DNA of 64,000 bases from an uncultured Planctomycetota bacterium (GTDB lineage Bacteria; Planctomycetota; Planctomycetia; Gemmatales; Gemmataceae): the NCBI GenBank assembly GCA_963849325.1, contig CAWKHF010000006.1, forward strand, positions 32,001-96,000. Direction: 5' to 3'. The translations under genes were made by a program, and so were the position numbers. The notes beneath the pieces were generated by a model that worked only from the letters and a program-made list of their open reading frames with translations, was not told the DNA's origin and made no database searches. Shown one piece after another: positions 1 through 8,281 of this stretch. How positions within the stretch are numbered: the first letter of the stretch is position 1; each line of letters starts with the position of its first letter.

Positions 1-236
1 GGCCGATAGCGCACGCTCTGCACGCTCTGCAGGGGATACTGCCGGAGCAGCAATCTCCGGTCGCCGTTGCCGTTGTACAGTTCGTCGTAGGACGCCGTCA
101 CGAAGCGGCGCTTGCAATACTTCTCGATGGCGTCCGAGTACGCCGTGATGAGCGCCTGCACGGTCGCATTGCCCGAGGCCAGGCCGTTCAGGTTCAGGTC
201 CGCCCGCGCTTCGGTGATGAGGTCTTTCGCGGCCAT
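1..236 (-). CDS. Phage head-tail connector/adaptor (gp6-like), runs off window edge
   Basis: Translated by hand from ATG at 236: MAAKDLITEARADLNLNGLASGNATVQALITAYSDAIEKYCKRRFVTASYDELYNGNGDRRLLLRQYPLQSVQSVRYR. The 'LI.A.S..IE.YC.R.F...YDE.Y.G' pattern and position downstream of capsid genes fit an adaptor. Confidence 0.7.
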   Translation of the reverse strand, partial: MAAKDLITEARADLNLNGLASGNATVQALITAYSDAIEKYCKRRFVTASYDELYNGNGDRRLLLRQYPLQSVQSVRYR

Positions 237-257
237 TGTCCGTCTCCGTACACAGGG

Positions 258-1046
258 TCAGGGCGTTCCCCATCGGCTGCGGGCGTAGGCGAGCCATGCA
301 GACAATTGCCAGGCCGGCAAGGGGTAATTGCAAACCACGACCTCGCCGATGTCGCCGGCGTAGAAGTCCGCCCCGCCGCGCGAACCCACTTCGAGGACGT
401 TGGAGGGATAACTCGCCAGGCTGCTCGTGTCCGGGCTGGTCACCGTCCCGGCCCCGTCCACGTCGAGGCTGCTGGCCTGGGCGGACTGGTCGAACTGGGC
501 GTGGTAGCAGTGCCAGCCCGAACTGGCCGAGCCAAAATCGAGTGTTCCCACTCCATCATCGATTAACCATTCGGGGGTGACTCCGCTGCTGTTACAGCGA
601 AATTCTCGTTTGACTTCGTGGGTGACCACGATCATCCCAAAGGCATCCGCCGCGCTCCGGCTGGTGACAACGAGAATGGTTTGACCCGTCTCGCCGCTGA
701 ATCCTTGAGGCGACGCCTGGCTCAGCCAGGTAGATGTCCCATCGAAGCGCACCACGTTTTGTCCATTCTGGATCGCTCGTTTGAGTGCGGGGCGGTCGGC
801 GCTCGTGGTCTGCGTGACGTGGTTGCCGTGACCGGATTGGTCTTGCCACAAGCCAATCGGATCGCCGTCGGCCATGGCCGGCGTCGTACCGCCGCTGTCC
901 TGGTACAGTCCTCGGTCGGCCAAAAGCCAGAGGACGGGTTTCAGCTGCAAGGGAGTGAAGCCGGCGAAGGTCGGACGCAGCCCCGTGTTCGGACTGGCGG
1001 CCCAGGCGGCGTTCCCCGTCATTTCCAGGCGGTGCCTGCTTGCCAT
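258..1046 (-). CDS. LamG/concanavalin-like beta-sandwich protein, putative head spike/fibre
   Basis: ORF 258..1109, ATG at 1046 with RBS GAGGA. Motifs WLLAD, WQDQSGHGNHVTQ, RFDG and GDIGEVVVCN are typical of LamG-like phage structural domains. Confidence 0.6.
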   Translation of the reverse strand: MASRHRLEMTGNAAWAASPNTGLRPTFAGFTPLQLKPVLWLLADRGLYQDSGGTTPAMADGDPIGLWQDQSGHGNHVTQTTSADRPALKRAIQNGQNVVRFDGTSTWLSQASPQGFSGETGQTILVVTSRSAADAFGMIVVTHEVKREFRCNSSGVTPEWLIDDGVGTLDFGSASSGWHCYHAQFDQSAQASSLDVDGAGTVTSPDTSSLASYPSNVLEVGSRGGADFYAGDIGEVVVCNYPLPAWQLSAWLAYARSRWGTP

Positions 1047-1056
1047 GTCGGTCCTC

Positions 1057-1323
1057 TCATTGCACGGAGATCCAGTTGACGTTGCCGGTCGCGGACGCGG
1101 TTTTGGCATAGACCTGGCTGACGTTGCCGCACGGGATGGACAGGGCCTGGCCGGGTTGGAGGACGAAATACTGGTTCGTCGCGTCGCCGACGAGGACGTT
1201 CACGGAGTTGCCGGGATCGTTTTGCACGACCACGGAGCTGCACGGTTGGCTGCCCAGTGCTGCCGCCGTGGTCGTGGCCGCCAGTTGGCCGGCCTTGGGA
1301 TTATCGCCGGAAGAAAGAGACAT
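1057..1323 (-). CDS. Small beta-rich protein, putative head decoration/spike base
   Basis: 88 aa from ATG 1323 with RBS GGAGG; VVVQNDPGNSVNVLVGD...LQPGQALSI; lies within the capsid operon. Confidence 0.5.
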   Translation of the reverse strand: MSLSSGDNPKAGQLAATTTAAALGSQPCSSVVVQNDPGNSVNVLVGDATNQYFVLQPGQALSIPCGNVSQVYAKTASATGNVNWISVQ

Positions 1324-1346
1324 TTTACACCTCCGTTGCCCTATTC

Positions 1347-1398
1347 GTTTCGCCGCGACGCGCAACGGAGCGCGCTCCGTTGCGCGTCGCGGCGAAAC
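1347..1398. repeat. REP-like palindrome, family A (GTTTCGCCGCGACGCGCA.CGGAGCG), inside the phage-like operon
   Basis: Perfect 52-bp palindrome; related copies at 19893, 22681, 24603, 55292 and 61866. Confidence 0.9.
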
Positions 1399-1853
1399 TC
1401 AGTTGACCACGGTTTGACTGACCACGCTGGCGTCGTTCTGGCGCTGCCCGGTTTGTGGTCGGCCTCGTCGCCGAAGCCGACGACGGCGATCGGGATGGTC
1501 GGACTGGTGCCGCCCACGGTGCAGACGGCCTGGAGGCGGACATGGCGGGCGCCGCTGTTGAGCTGGTCGGCCCGAATCTCCAGCGTCGCTTGTTTGCTCG
1601 CCGCCGTCACGGTGGCGCTGGGGATGACGGCGTTGTTGGTCCACGTCGTTCCGTCCGGACTGTCCTGGATTTGCAGGGCGGCCGACAGCGTTGGACTGGT
1701 GCCACCGAAAACGCCCGTCTCGAAGAGGAAGAGGGCGCGGTGGAAGACGGACATATCGACCTTGCCACTGGTGACGGTCGCGGTCCCGGTCAGCGTTTGC
1801 GGCGATACGGGCGCCGCGAGGCCCAGGCGCTGCGTGAGTTGTTCGGTATACAT
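1399..1853 (-). CDS. Putative capsid cement/decoration protein (frameshift near 1440)
   Basis: MYTEQLTQRLG...LQIQDSPDGTTWT...RHVRLQAV, continuing in the 1399..1644 frame (QNDASVVSQTVVN*); RBS AGGAG; directly follows the major capsid gene. Confidence 0.6.
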
Positions 1854-1866
1854 GCGGACTCCTGAG

Positions 1867-1978
1867 TAGGGTTTAGGGTTTAGGGTTTAGGGTTTAGGGT
1901 TTAGGGGTTTGGGATACAGGGGACGGGCGCGGCCTGTTGATCTTCACCCTAAACCCTAAACCCTAAACCCTAAACCCT
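1867..1978. repeat. Inverted heptamer array (TTTAGGG)5 ... (CCCTAAA)4
   Basis: TTTAGGG x5 at 1872-1906 and CCCTAAA x4 at 1947-1974, beginning 2 nt after the MCP stop codon. Confidence 0.95.
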
Positions 1979-1979
1979 G

Positions 1980-3295
1980 TCAGTTGAGGGCGACAAACGG
2001 CGAGACCTGCGTCGCTGGAGTCTTGCAGGGTGATGGGTTTTTCGATCCACGGCTGACCGTCCACGCGCTCCAGAGACGCGCCACGTCATCTGGTTCTTGA
2101 GGAAATTCACGTGTTCCGAGGCGGCGATCTCGATCTGCATGCGATCGCCGACGACGTACAGCGACGGATCGAGCAGCATCAGGTCGCCCTTGGTGCCCAG
2201 GGCCGGCAGCTTCTCGCTCGGGAAGGCCGGTCGGCCCAGCAGCGACCACACCGGCGATTTCGTCGCGCCCTGATCGATGCTGATGAAGATGGCCCGGTTG
2301 GCGCCGTCCTTGAGCTGCAACAGCTGCGGCACCACGCTGGGCGAGAACACCCAGATGGCCGTGCTCCACGACGACGGCAGCAGCTTCGACCACATGGTCG
2401 CCACGTCGTTGAAGCTGACCTGGTTGTTGGTGTCGCGCGTCTTGGTCAGCGTCGCTCCGGCCGTGAGCATGCCCTGCGGCTTGCCGGCGCCGTTGCCCTG
2501 CAAGAAGGCGTACTCCTCGAACCAGGCGATCGACTTGGCGAACAGCGTCATCAGGAACTTTTCCAGGCCGAGGATGCTGTCTTGCAGCAGCACGTTGGAG
2601 CTGACGCAGTAGCCGGATAGCTCCCACGCTTTCAGCTCCATCTGCTTGAACTGCGGTTCCGTCTCCTGGCGCGTCTGCGCCTCGGCCGTCCAGTACATCT
2701 GCAAGCCGCCGAAGAATGGTGAGACGCCGGCGCTCTGGGTGGTGGTGATGTCCAGGTAGGGGATTTGCAAGCTGGCCCCGGCCATCGGAATAACGAAGGT
2801 GCGCGGCCGGATGAACGTCATCTCGGCGACGATGCTCATGAGCTGCTCGAACAGCTCCGGCGGCACCGTGTAGCCGCCGCTGACGCCGGACGACTCGGCC
2901 AGCGCCGCCTTCGTCTGCCAGGCGACGAAGTTGCTGCCGTAATGCTTCTCCAGGTAGCGGGCGTCATTGCGAGCGCAGGCCAGCAGCCAGTCGCCGAAGC
3001 ACTTGCCCGGATCGCCGCTGCCGCCGGCGCCGAAGAGGGCCGGCAGGGCGTGCTTGCGGGCCAGACCCTGGGCCTGGCCGAATTGTTTCAGCGCCTCGTT
3101 GACGATGGTGTCCAGGCCGCGCGTGAAGCCGGACAGGGTGCTCTCCATCGCCTTGGTCACCAGCGGGGCGATCGGATCGTCGCTGACGGCCTTGGCGATG
3201 CCGGTGGCGATCAGCTGCCGGCCCTCGGCCTCGCCGAGATGGATGCGTTCGCCGGCCTTCTTGCCGAGGAAGTCTTTCAGTAGTTCGACAAACAT
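1980..3295 (-). CDS. HK97-fold major capsid protein (frameshift near 2070)
   Basis: ATG 3295 (MFVELLKDF); GGYTVPPE, 'AFLQGNGAGKPQGML', LLGRPAFPSE, GDLMLLD; C-terminus SPFVALN* in the 1980..2627 frame. Confidence 0.92.
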
Positions 3296-3434
3296 GGGGG
3301 ATGCTCTCGGAGGTCCACGGATGGGAGGAGGGATCACGAAATCATCCGTCCATCTCGGAGGGGGACCGGCTGAACGCTTGGCGTCGTCCTCCGCCGGCCC
3401 GCCCGGACGGCTTCGATGAGGCAGGAATTGTATC

Positions 3435-4296
3435 TTACACCCGGCCAATCGATTTGTACCAGGTCTCTTTTATCGCTTTTTGGGCTAATGCCGGAAAGTC
3501 GATGGCAGCGATCCGGCGGAGAACGTCATTCTCGATCTCGCTCAGCGACGTGAACGGGAGGATGCGCTCGTGGGCGCCGCCGTCGCCGTCGCCGAACAGT
3601 TGTTTGTTCAGTCCCAGTGCCGTCAGCACGTCGTCGCTGAGTTCCAGGCTGCCCTTGGCGACGCTTTCGACCAGGGCGTCCTGATTGGCCGGCAGGAAGA
3701 CGCAGGCGTATTCGAGCAGCAGCCATTCGTCGATGACCAACCCGACGGCGTTGCCCCAGCCGTTCTTGTGTACTTCCTTGCTGTCGGGGACGTGCGCCTT
3801 GACCGGCAGAAAGCCGATGGACTTGCCTTGCAGCAATCCAGCCTGAATGAGAGCGAACACCTGGTCGGACGGCCACGGGTCTTGCGCCGGCCACGTCTGG
3901 GGCCGCGCGGGGTAGACGGTCTTGGCCTTGACGCCGACGCGGGCGCCGTCTTTGACGCGCTTGCGCCACAGCGATTTGCCCACCGGCGGCAGAGAGTAGG
4001 CATGGCCGAGCGTGACGATGGGGTTGGCCTGGAACTGCGCATCGTTCATGCCCCTGGCGAGGACCACTTCGCCGGTGCGGTCGGGGCTTTCGCTGCTGAT
4101 CCAGCTCGACGTCGCTGCGTTCGCCGGGGTTGATCTCCGTCGCCGCCTTGGTGGTGACGAGATGGCGATACTCGTACTCCGGCGTGCGCGGCAGCGTCTT
4201 GAGCAGCGTGTCGAGTGCATGGGCGGCGCGGTCGAGCATGGGGAAGCCGAGCGGCCCCTCGACCGGGCCGTAGTGCGAGGTGAGGAAATCGGGCAT
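3435..4296 (-). CDS. HK97-family prohead protease (frameshift near 4108)
   Basis: MPDFLTSHYG... joins SWISSESPDRTGEVV...LGHAY...KSIGF...LLEYACVFLPANQDA. Candidate catalytic His and Ser are present; lies between portal and MCP. Confidence 0.85.
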
Positions 4297-4308
4297 GATG
4301 AGCAAACC

Positions 4309-5715
4309 TCAATCGAGTTTCGGATTGTCTTCAATGGGCGTATCCGGTTGGGGCGGCCGAGCGCGTCCGCTGTGGGGCATCTCATCTTGGCGCGGCATGT
4401 CGGTGCGTTCCCATTGCAGCGGCAGCCACGGCACATCGCCCCACGGTACCGGCGGCAGGCCGCGCTCGCTGCGGATCTCGTTGATCGACACCACGCCGTA
4501 CTTGAGGTCGGCGATCTGCTGTTCCACCAGCAAGTTCTGATCGACCGGCACCGGATCTTCGCTGGCGAGGAACAGTCGGCCGGTCGGGTCGAACCGCGGC
4601 ACCAGTTGGGCGTTGAGCTTTTCGTCGCGGCGCTCCAGGCGCGGACCGATGGCCAGGCTCATGTGCTGGCTTTGCGACGCTTGCAAGTTGGCCAGGTTCG
4701 TCTGCGAGGTCAGGAAGGCAATCGGGACATGGAAGGCGTTGGCGATGTCATTTTTCGTCGCCGCCATGTCGGCCAGGGCGGCGAGGTCGCCCATCGACTG
4801 GTTGAGCAGCGACACCTTCAGCGACGACTCGGCCACGACCACCTTGCCCGTACCGCCCCGACGGAAGCGGTTGTTCCACTGCGTTTCGAGGCGGTCGCGC
4901 TCCTCCTCGCCCATGACTTCGTCGGGCGAGACGATGGCGTCGGGGATGGCATGGTTCTCGAACTTGGCCTTCTTGAAGGCGGCGTATTCGCTGGTGAGGG
5001 CGGCCTGCTCGAAGCAGGCCCGCAACGGCGACAGGCCGCTGGTGTACGGGTCGCGCGGATCGGGATAGGCGAAGTGGATGACCTGTTCCGGGGCGAAGTG
5101 CTCCTCACTACGGCCATTGCGATAGAGGTAGTAATCCACCAGGTTCGGGCTGTTGGGATCGCGGCGCGGCGTGACATTCTGCGACGGCAAGATCCAGATG
5201 GCGCGCGGCACGTTCCGCACCGGATCGAGGTCGAGATACCAGTAGGCGCTGCCGTGGACCTCCTGATACAGCGTGGTCAACTCCCAGAGATCAAATGCGG
5301 TGTGTGCCTGATTGGCGTACTGGAGCAAGGTCAACAGCGGGTGGTCGGTGACTTCCTCAATGCGGGCGGCGCTCTTGGTGCGCGTAGGCAGATGCGGCAG
5401 CGAACGCAGGCGGCGCTCTGTCCGCGGCGATAGTGCTTTCGTCAGACACTTCGGCCGCGGCTGATTGTGTTCGGTAATGACATACAAACGCGGTGGATAA
5501 TTGGCGCAGGTGGCGGCGTTGACGCTGGCGCAGGTCCAGGCGGTGTTCTTCAACTCCGCCAGGATCTCATTCGGCGTCGGTTGTCGGTTGCGCCGGTAGC
5601 TATCGACGAAGCTGGTGCCGGTCCACTGCGAGCCGGCCAGCGCGAACGGCATGCTCTTGGGCCGCACCCACTGGGCCAACCGCAGCAGCGTTTGGGCGAG
5701 GAGAGTACGCATCAT
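4309..5715 (-). CDS. Phage portal protein (HK97 family)
   Basis: HPLLTLL, HGSAYWY, VIHF, GLSPLRA, FENHAIP, IANAFHVP, SINEIRSERGLPPVPWGD; ATGA overlap with the terminase stop at 5712-5715. Confidence 0.92.
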   Translation of the reverse strand: MMRTLLAQTLLRLAQWVRPKSMPFALAGSQWTGTSFVDSYRRNRQPTPNEILAELKNTAWTCASVNAATCANYPPRLYVITEHNQPRPKCLTKALSPRTERRLRSLPHLPTRTKSAARIEEVTDHPLLTLLQYANQAHTAFDLWELTTLYQEVHGSAYWYLDLDPVRNVPRAIWILPSQNVTPRRDPNSPNLVDYYLYRNGRSEEHFAPEQVIHFAYPDPRDPYTSGLSPLRACFEQAALTSEYAAFKKAKFENHAIPDAIVSPDEVMGEEERDRLETQWNNRFRRGGTGKVVVAESSLKVSLLNQSMGDLAALADMAATKNDIANAFHVPIAFLTSQTNLANLQASQSQHMSLAIGPRLERRDEKLNAQLVPRFDPTGRLFLASEDPVPVDQNLLVEQQIADLKYGVVSINEIRSERGLPPVPWGDVPWLPLQWERTDMPRQDEMPHSGRARPPQPDTPIEDNPKLD

Positions 5716-7004
5716 GACAGCTTGGTCCACAAGTCCTCAGGATCGATGCCCTGGTCCACAACCGGCTTCCGGTCGCCGTGCTCGCCGGAGCGCTTGCGAA
5801 GCCGGGCGATGAAGTGCGCGTCCAGGCGCGAGATGAGATAGCGCAGGGCGCCCAGGGCGTGATTGTGGTCGTCCACCGGGTTTTCGCCGCGCAGGAGGCG
5901 CTCGGCCGCCGTGGGATAGCGATACAGCCGCGCTTCGCGGAGAAGGTTGGGGCAGGCGTCGCGCCGCACCTTGAGCCGGCCGGTGCGCAGACGCGCCGCG
6001 ACGGCGGCGATGCCCGGCCGAATGTCGTTATCGCCGCGGCGGACGACCCGGCCGCTCGCTCGCAATTCCTCGATCTCGGTACGGCCGGCGGGATCGGCGT
6101 ACCACATCACCTCGCCCAGCTCGCGCAGGGCGGCGGCGTGTTCGTGCAGCGGCGTCTCACGGCGGTAGCGCTCGCCAGCGATCCACAGCACGTCATCGCG
6201 GTCGAGCACGCCCCACACCGCCGCGAACGGATTGCGCCAGCCGAAATCGATGCCGCCGACCAGCCGGCCAGAGACCTCCGGCCAATCGTCCACCAGTGCC
6301 TGCTCGAAATCGGGATAAACCAGACCTTCGAGAGCGGTAAAGAGACATTCGTATTCCTGCTGCACCCACGACAGGCCCATCGCGCGCGTCTCCTCGGCGA
6401 TGAACGACGGCGTGATGCGGGGGCAATCGCGCCAGGTGATGCGGACCTTTTTCCACGGCCCCTCGCTCTCCCACTCCTGCCAGAACCAGCCGCGTTGGCC
6501 GAACGGCGTGCTCAGGGCGACGAGCCGTCCCTGCGACACGGCGAGCATGGGGCGGACGCTGCGATACAGGTCGTCGGGGATGCGGGCGGCCTCGTCGAGC
6601 ACCAGCAGGTTGACGCCGCCGAAGGAGCGGATGGTGCCTTCGCGTCCGGGCAGACAGAGGACGCGCGAACCGTTGGCCAACTCCAGGCGCAGCTGCGTCT
6701 GCTGTCGCGCCGGCAGCGGTTTGCCCAGCGCCTTGTAGGCGTCGAGCACCTTGCGGAAAATCTCGCTGCTCTGCCGCTGCGACGGCGACAACAGCAGCAC
6801 CAGCGCGCCGGCCGTGAACAGGGCCGTGTGCAGCGCCAGGGCGCTGACGACGGTGCTCTTGCCGCTCTGGCGGCTGCAATTGAGTAAAATTTGACGCTCG
6901 GCGGACAAGAGGAATGCTCGCTGCCAGGGGTCGGGAGGGATGCCACGGGCCTCGAGAATGCGGGAGGGATCGAGGGCCAGGGCGAGCAGATGTTGCAGGT
7001 CCAC
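5712..7004 (-). CDS. terL: Terminase large subunit
   Basis: Q motif DPWQ, Walker A CSRQSGKS, Walker B LLVLDEA, STP coupling motif, QEYEC, nuclease GIDFG and DPA; probable GTG start at 7004. Confidence 0.92.
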   Translation of the reverse strand: MDLQHLLALALDPSRILEARGIPPDPWQRAFLLSAERQILLNCSRQSGKSTVVSALALHTALFTAGALVLLLSPSQRQSSEIFRKVLDAYKALGKPLPARQQTQLRLELANGSRVLCLPGREGTIRSFGGVNLLVLDEAARIPDDLYRSVRPMLAVSQGRLVALSTPFGQRGWFWQEWESEGPWKKVRITWRDCPRITPSFIAEETRAMGLSWVQQEYECLFTALEGLVYPDFEQALVDDWPEVSGRLVGGIDFGWRNPFAAVWGVLDRDDVLWIAGERYRRETPLHEHAAALRELGEVMWYADPAGRTEIEELRASGRVVRRGDNDIRPGIAAVAARLRTGRLKVRRDACPNLLREARLYRYPTAAERLLRGENPVDDHNHALGALRYLISRLDAHFIARLRKRSGEHGDRKPVVDQGIDPEDLWTKLS

Positions 7005-7149
7005 AACTTCGATACTATCCTGATGAAGGGGGTTGTTAAGAGAGCAGATTTGACGATTTTCCTGGGTTTTTTCCGCCCGTCCAATCGGCGAGGTGGTGTA
7101 GAATGAGAGAGCGACTCGTGGGGGATGGATAGATCGCGGAGGTGCTGCG

Positions 7150-7392
7150 ATGCCGGTGCTCCATCTGAAAGACATGCCGAACGAGGTTTACGAACGGCTT
7201 CGGCAACTCGCCGCGGTTCATCAAAGTAGTCCGGAAGCGGAAGCGGTTCGTCTACTCTGCTATCTTCTACTCGAACATCCGTCCGATCGTTCCCAGGCGG
7301 AACTCCTGGCCGAGCTGCGCCGCTGTAGTTTTACTCCGCCGCCCGGCACGCCGGACAGCGTCGCGCTGCTGGCGGAGGACCGGGGACGATGA
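7150..7392 (+). CDS. FitA/Arc-like ribbon-helix-helix antitoxin
   Basis: MPVLHLKDMPNEVYERLRQLAAVHQSSPEAEA; RBS GGAGG; C-terminal 'DSVALLAEDR'; ATGA overlap with a PIN-like start. Confidence 0.7.
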   Translation: MPVLHLKDMPNEVYERLRQLAAVHQSSPEAEAVRLLCYLLLEHPSDRSQAELLAELRRCSFTPPPGTPDSVALLAEDRGR

Positions 7393-7486
7393 TTGCCAGC
7401 CCCATCGCGTGCGTGGTGGATGCCAGCGTGGCCATCAAGCTGGTCATCACGGAACCTCTGTCGAATGAAGCCTTGAAGCGAACAAC
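7389..7486 (+). pseudogene. Truncated PIN/VapC toxin (N-terminal fragment only)
   Basis: MIASPIACVVDASVAIKLVITEPLSNEA is a PIN N-terminus; the ORF then runs into a family-B palindrome at 7487 and the convergent DUF1080 gene. Confidence 0.7.
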
Positions 7487-7530
7487 GAGCCTGAAGCGTA
7501 AGCGAAGAGCTTCGCTTACGCTTCCGGCTC
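7487..7530. repeat. REP-like palindrome, family B (GAGCCTGAAGCGTAAGCGAAG)
   Basis: Related copies at 41165-41218, 59399-59475 and 60528-60578. Confidence 0.85.
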
Positions 7531-7551
7531 GGAGAGGAATGCCTACGTCTA

Positions 7552-8202
7552 TCAAGGGGCCGATCGCAGCTCCACGATGGTGATGTCCTTGAACCACACC
7601 TCCGCCGGGCCGCCGCCGTGAATCTGCAGGCCAATCCGCCCCTGCTGGGGGATTTTCTCGTCTTTCTCCGTGTAATCGACGGCGAGCACGCCATTGATGA
7701 AGGTACGAAGGCGTCGGCCCTCGGCCCGGATCTCATATTCGTTCCAGTCGCCGCGCCGCAGCACCTTGTTGATCTTCTCCATGTCCGACTGCGCCAGCAC
7801 CTTTTTCCGCCGCGATTCGTCGTAAATGCAGCCCCACCAGCTCGGGTCGCCGAGGTCGGCCTGGTAACCGATCATCTCGCTGCCCTCCGGCGCACGCTGG
7901 CTGCGGAACTGCACGCCGGAGTTGACGAAGCCCTTCGTGGAGTTGCCCAGGAGCTTGAATTTCAGACGCAGGACGAAGTCACCGTAGCTGCGCTTGGTGG
8001 CGAGAAATTCGTTGCGGGGGACTTTCTTCGTCCGCGAACCGCCGACGATACAGCCGTCCTCGATGCGCCACGTCGTCTTGGTGTCGCCGTCCCAGCCGTC
8101 GAAGGTCTTGCCGTCGAACAGGGACACGGGCTTGTCCTCGGCAGAGGCGGCGACGCCGGCGAGGGCGAGGGCGAGAAGGATGACCGTGGTAAGTTTCCGC
8201 AT
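7552..8202 (-). CDS. DUF1080 (3-keto-disaccharide hydrolase-like) secreted protein
   Basis: Signal peptide; SLFDGKTFDGW, NSGVQFRS, DWNEYEI, GRIGLQIH, VWFKDI. Confidence 0.9.
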   Translation of the reverse strand: MRKLTTVILLALALAGVAASAEDKPVSLFDGKTFDGWDGDTKTTWRIEDGCIVGGSRTKKVPRNEFLATKRSYGDFVLRLKFKLLGNSTKGFVNSGVQFRSQRAPEGSEMIGYQADLGDPSWWGCIYDESRRKKVLAQSDMEKINKVLRRGDWNEYEIRAEGRRLRTFINGVLAVDYTEKDEKIPQQGRIGLQIHGGGPAEVWFKDITIVELRSAP

Positions 8203-8281
8203 GTTCCATCTCCCGGGTTCGGACCAGCGTTCGTGGTTGAGACGGGCGGTATTCTATGGCGCCGAACAACTCAAGATCCAT

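Noticed and set aside
1867-1978. Plant telomere contamination or chromosome end
   Set aside because: Short, inverted, embedded between two genes of one operon, and matched in architecture by other heptamer arrays in the window.
1980-3295. Encapsulin nanocompartment
   Set aside because: Linked portal, prohead protease, terminase and adaptor indicate a DNA-packaging head.
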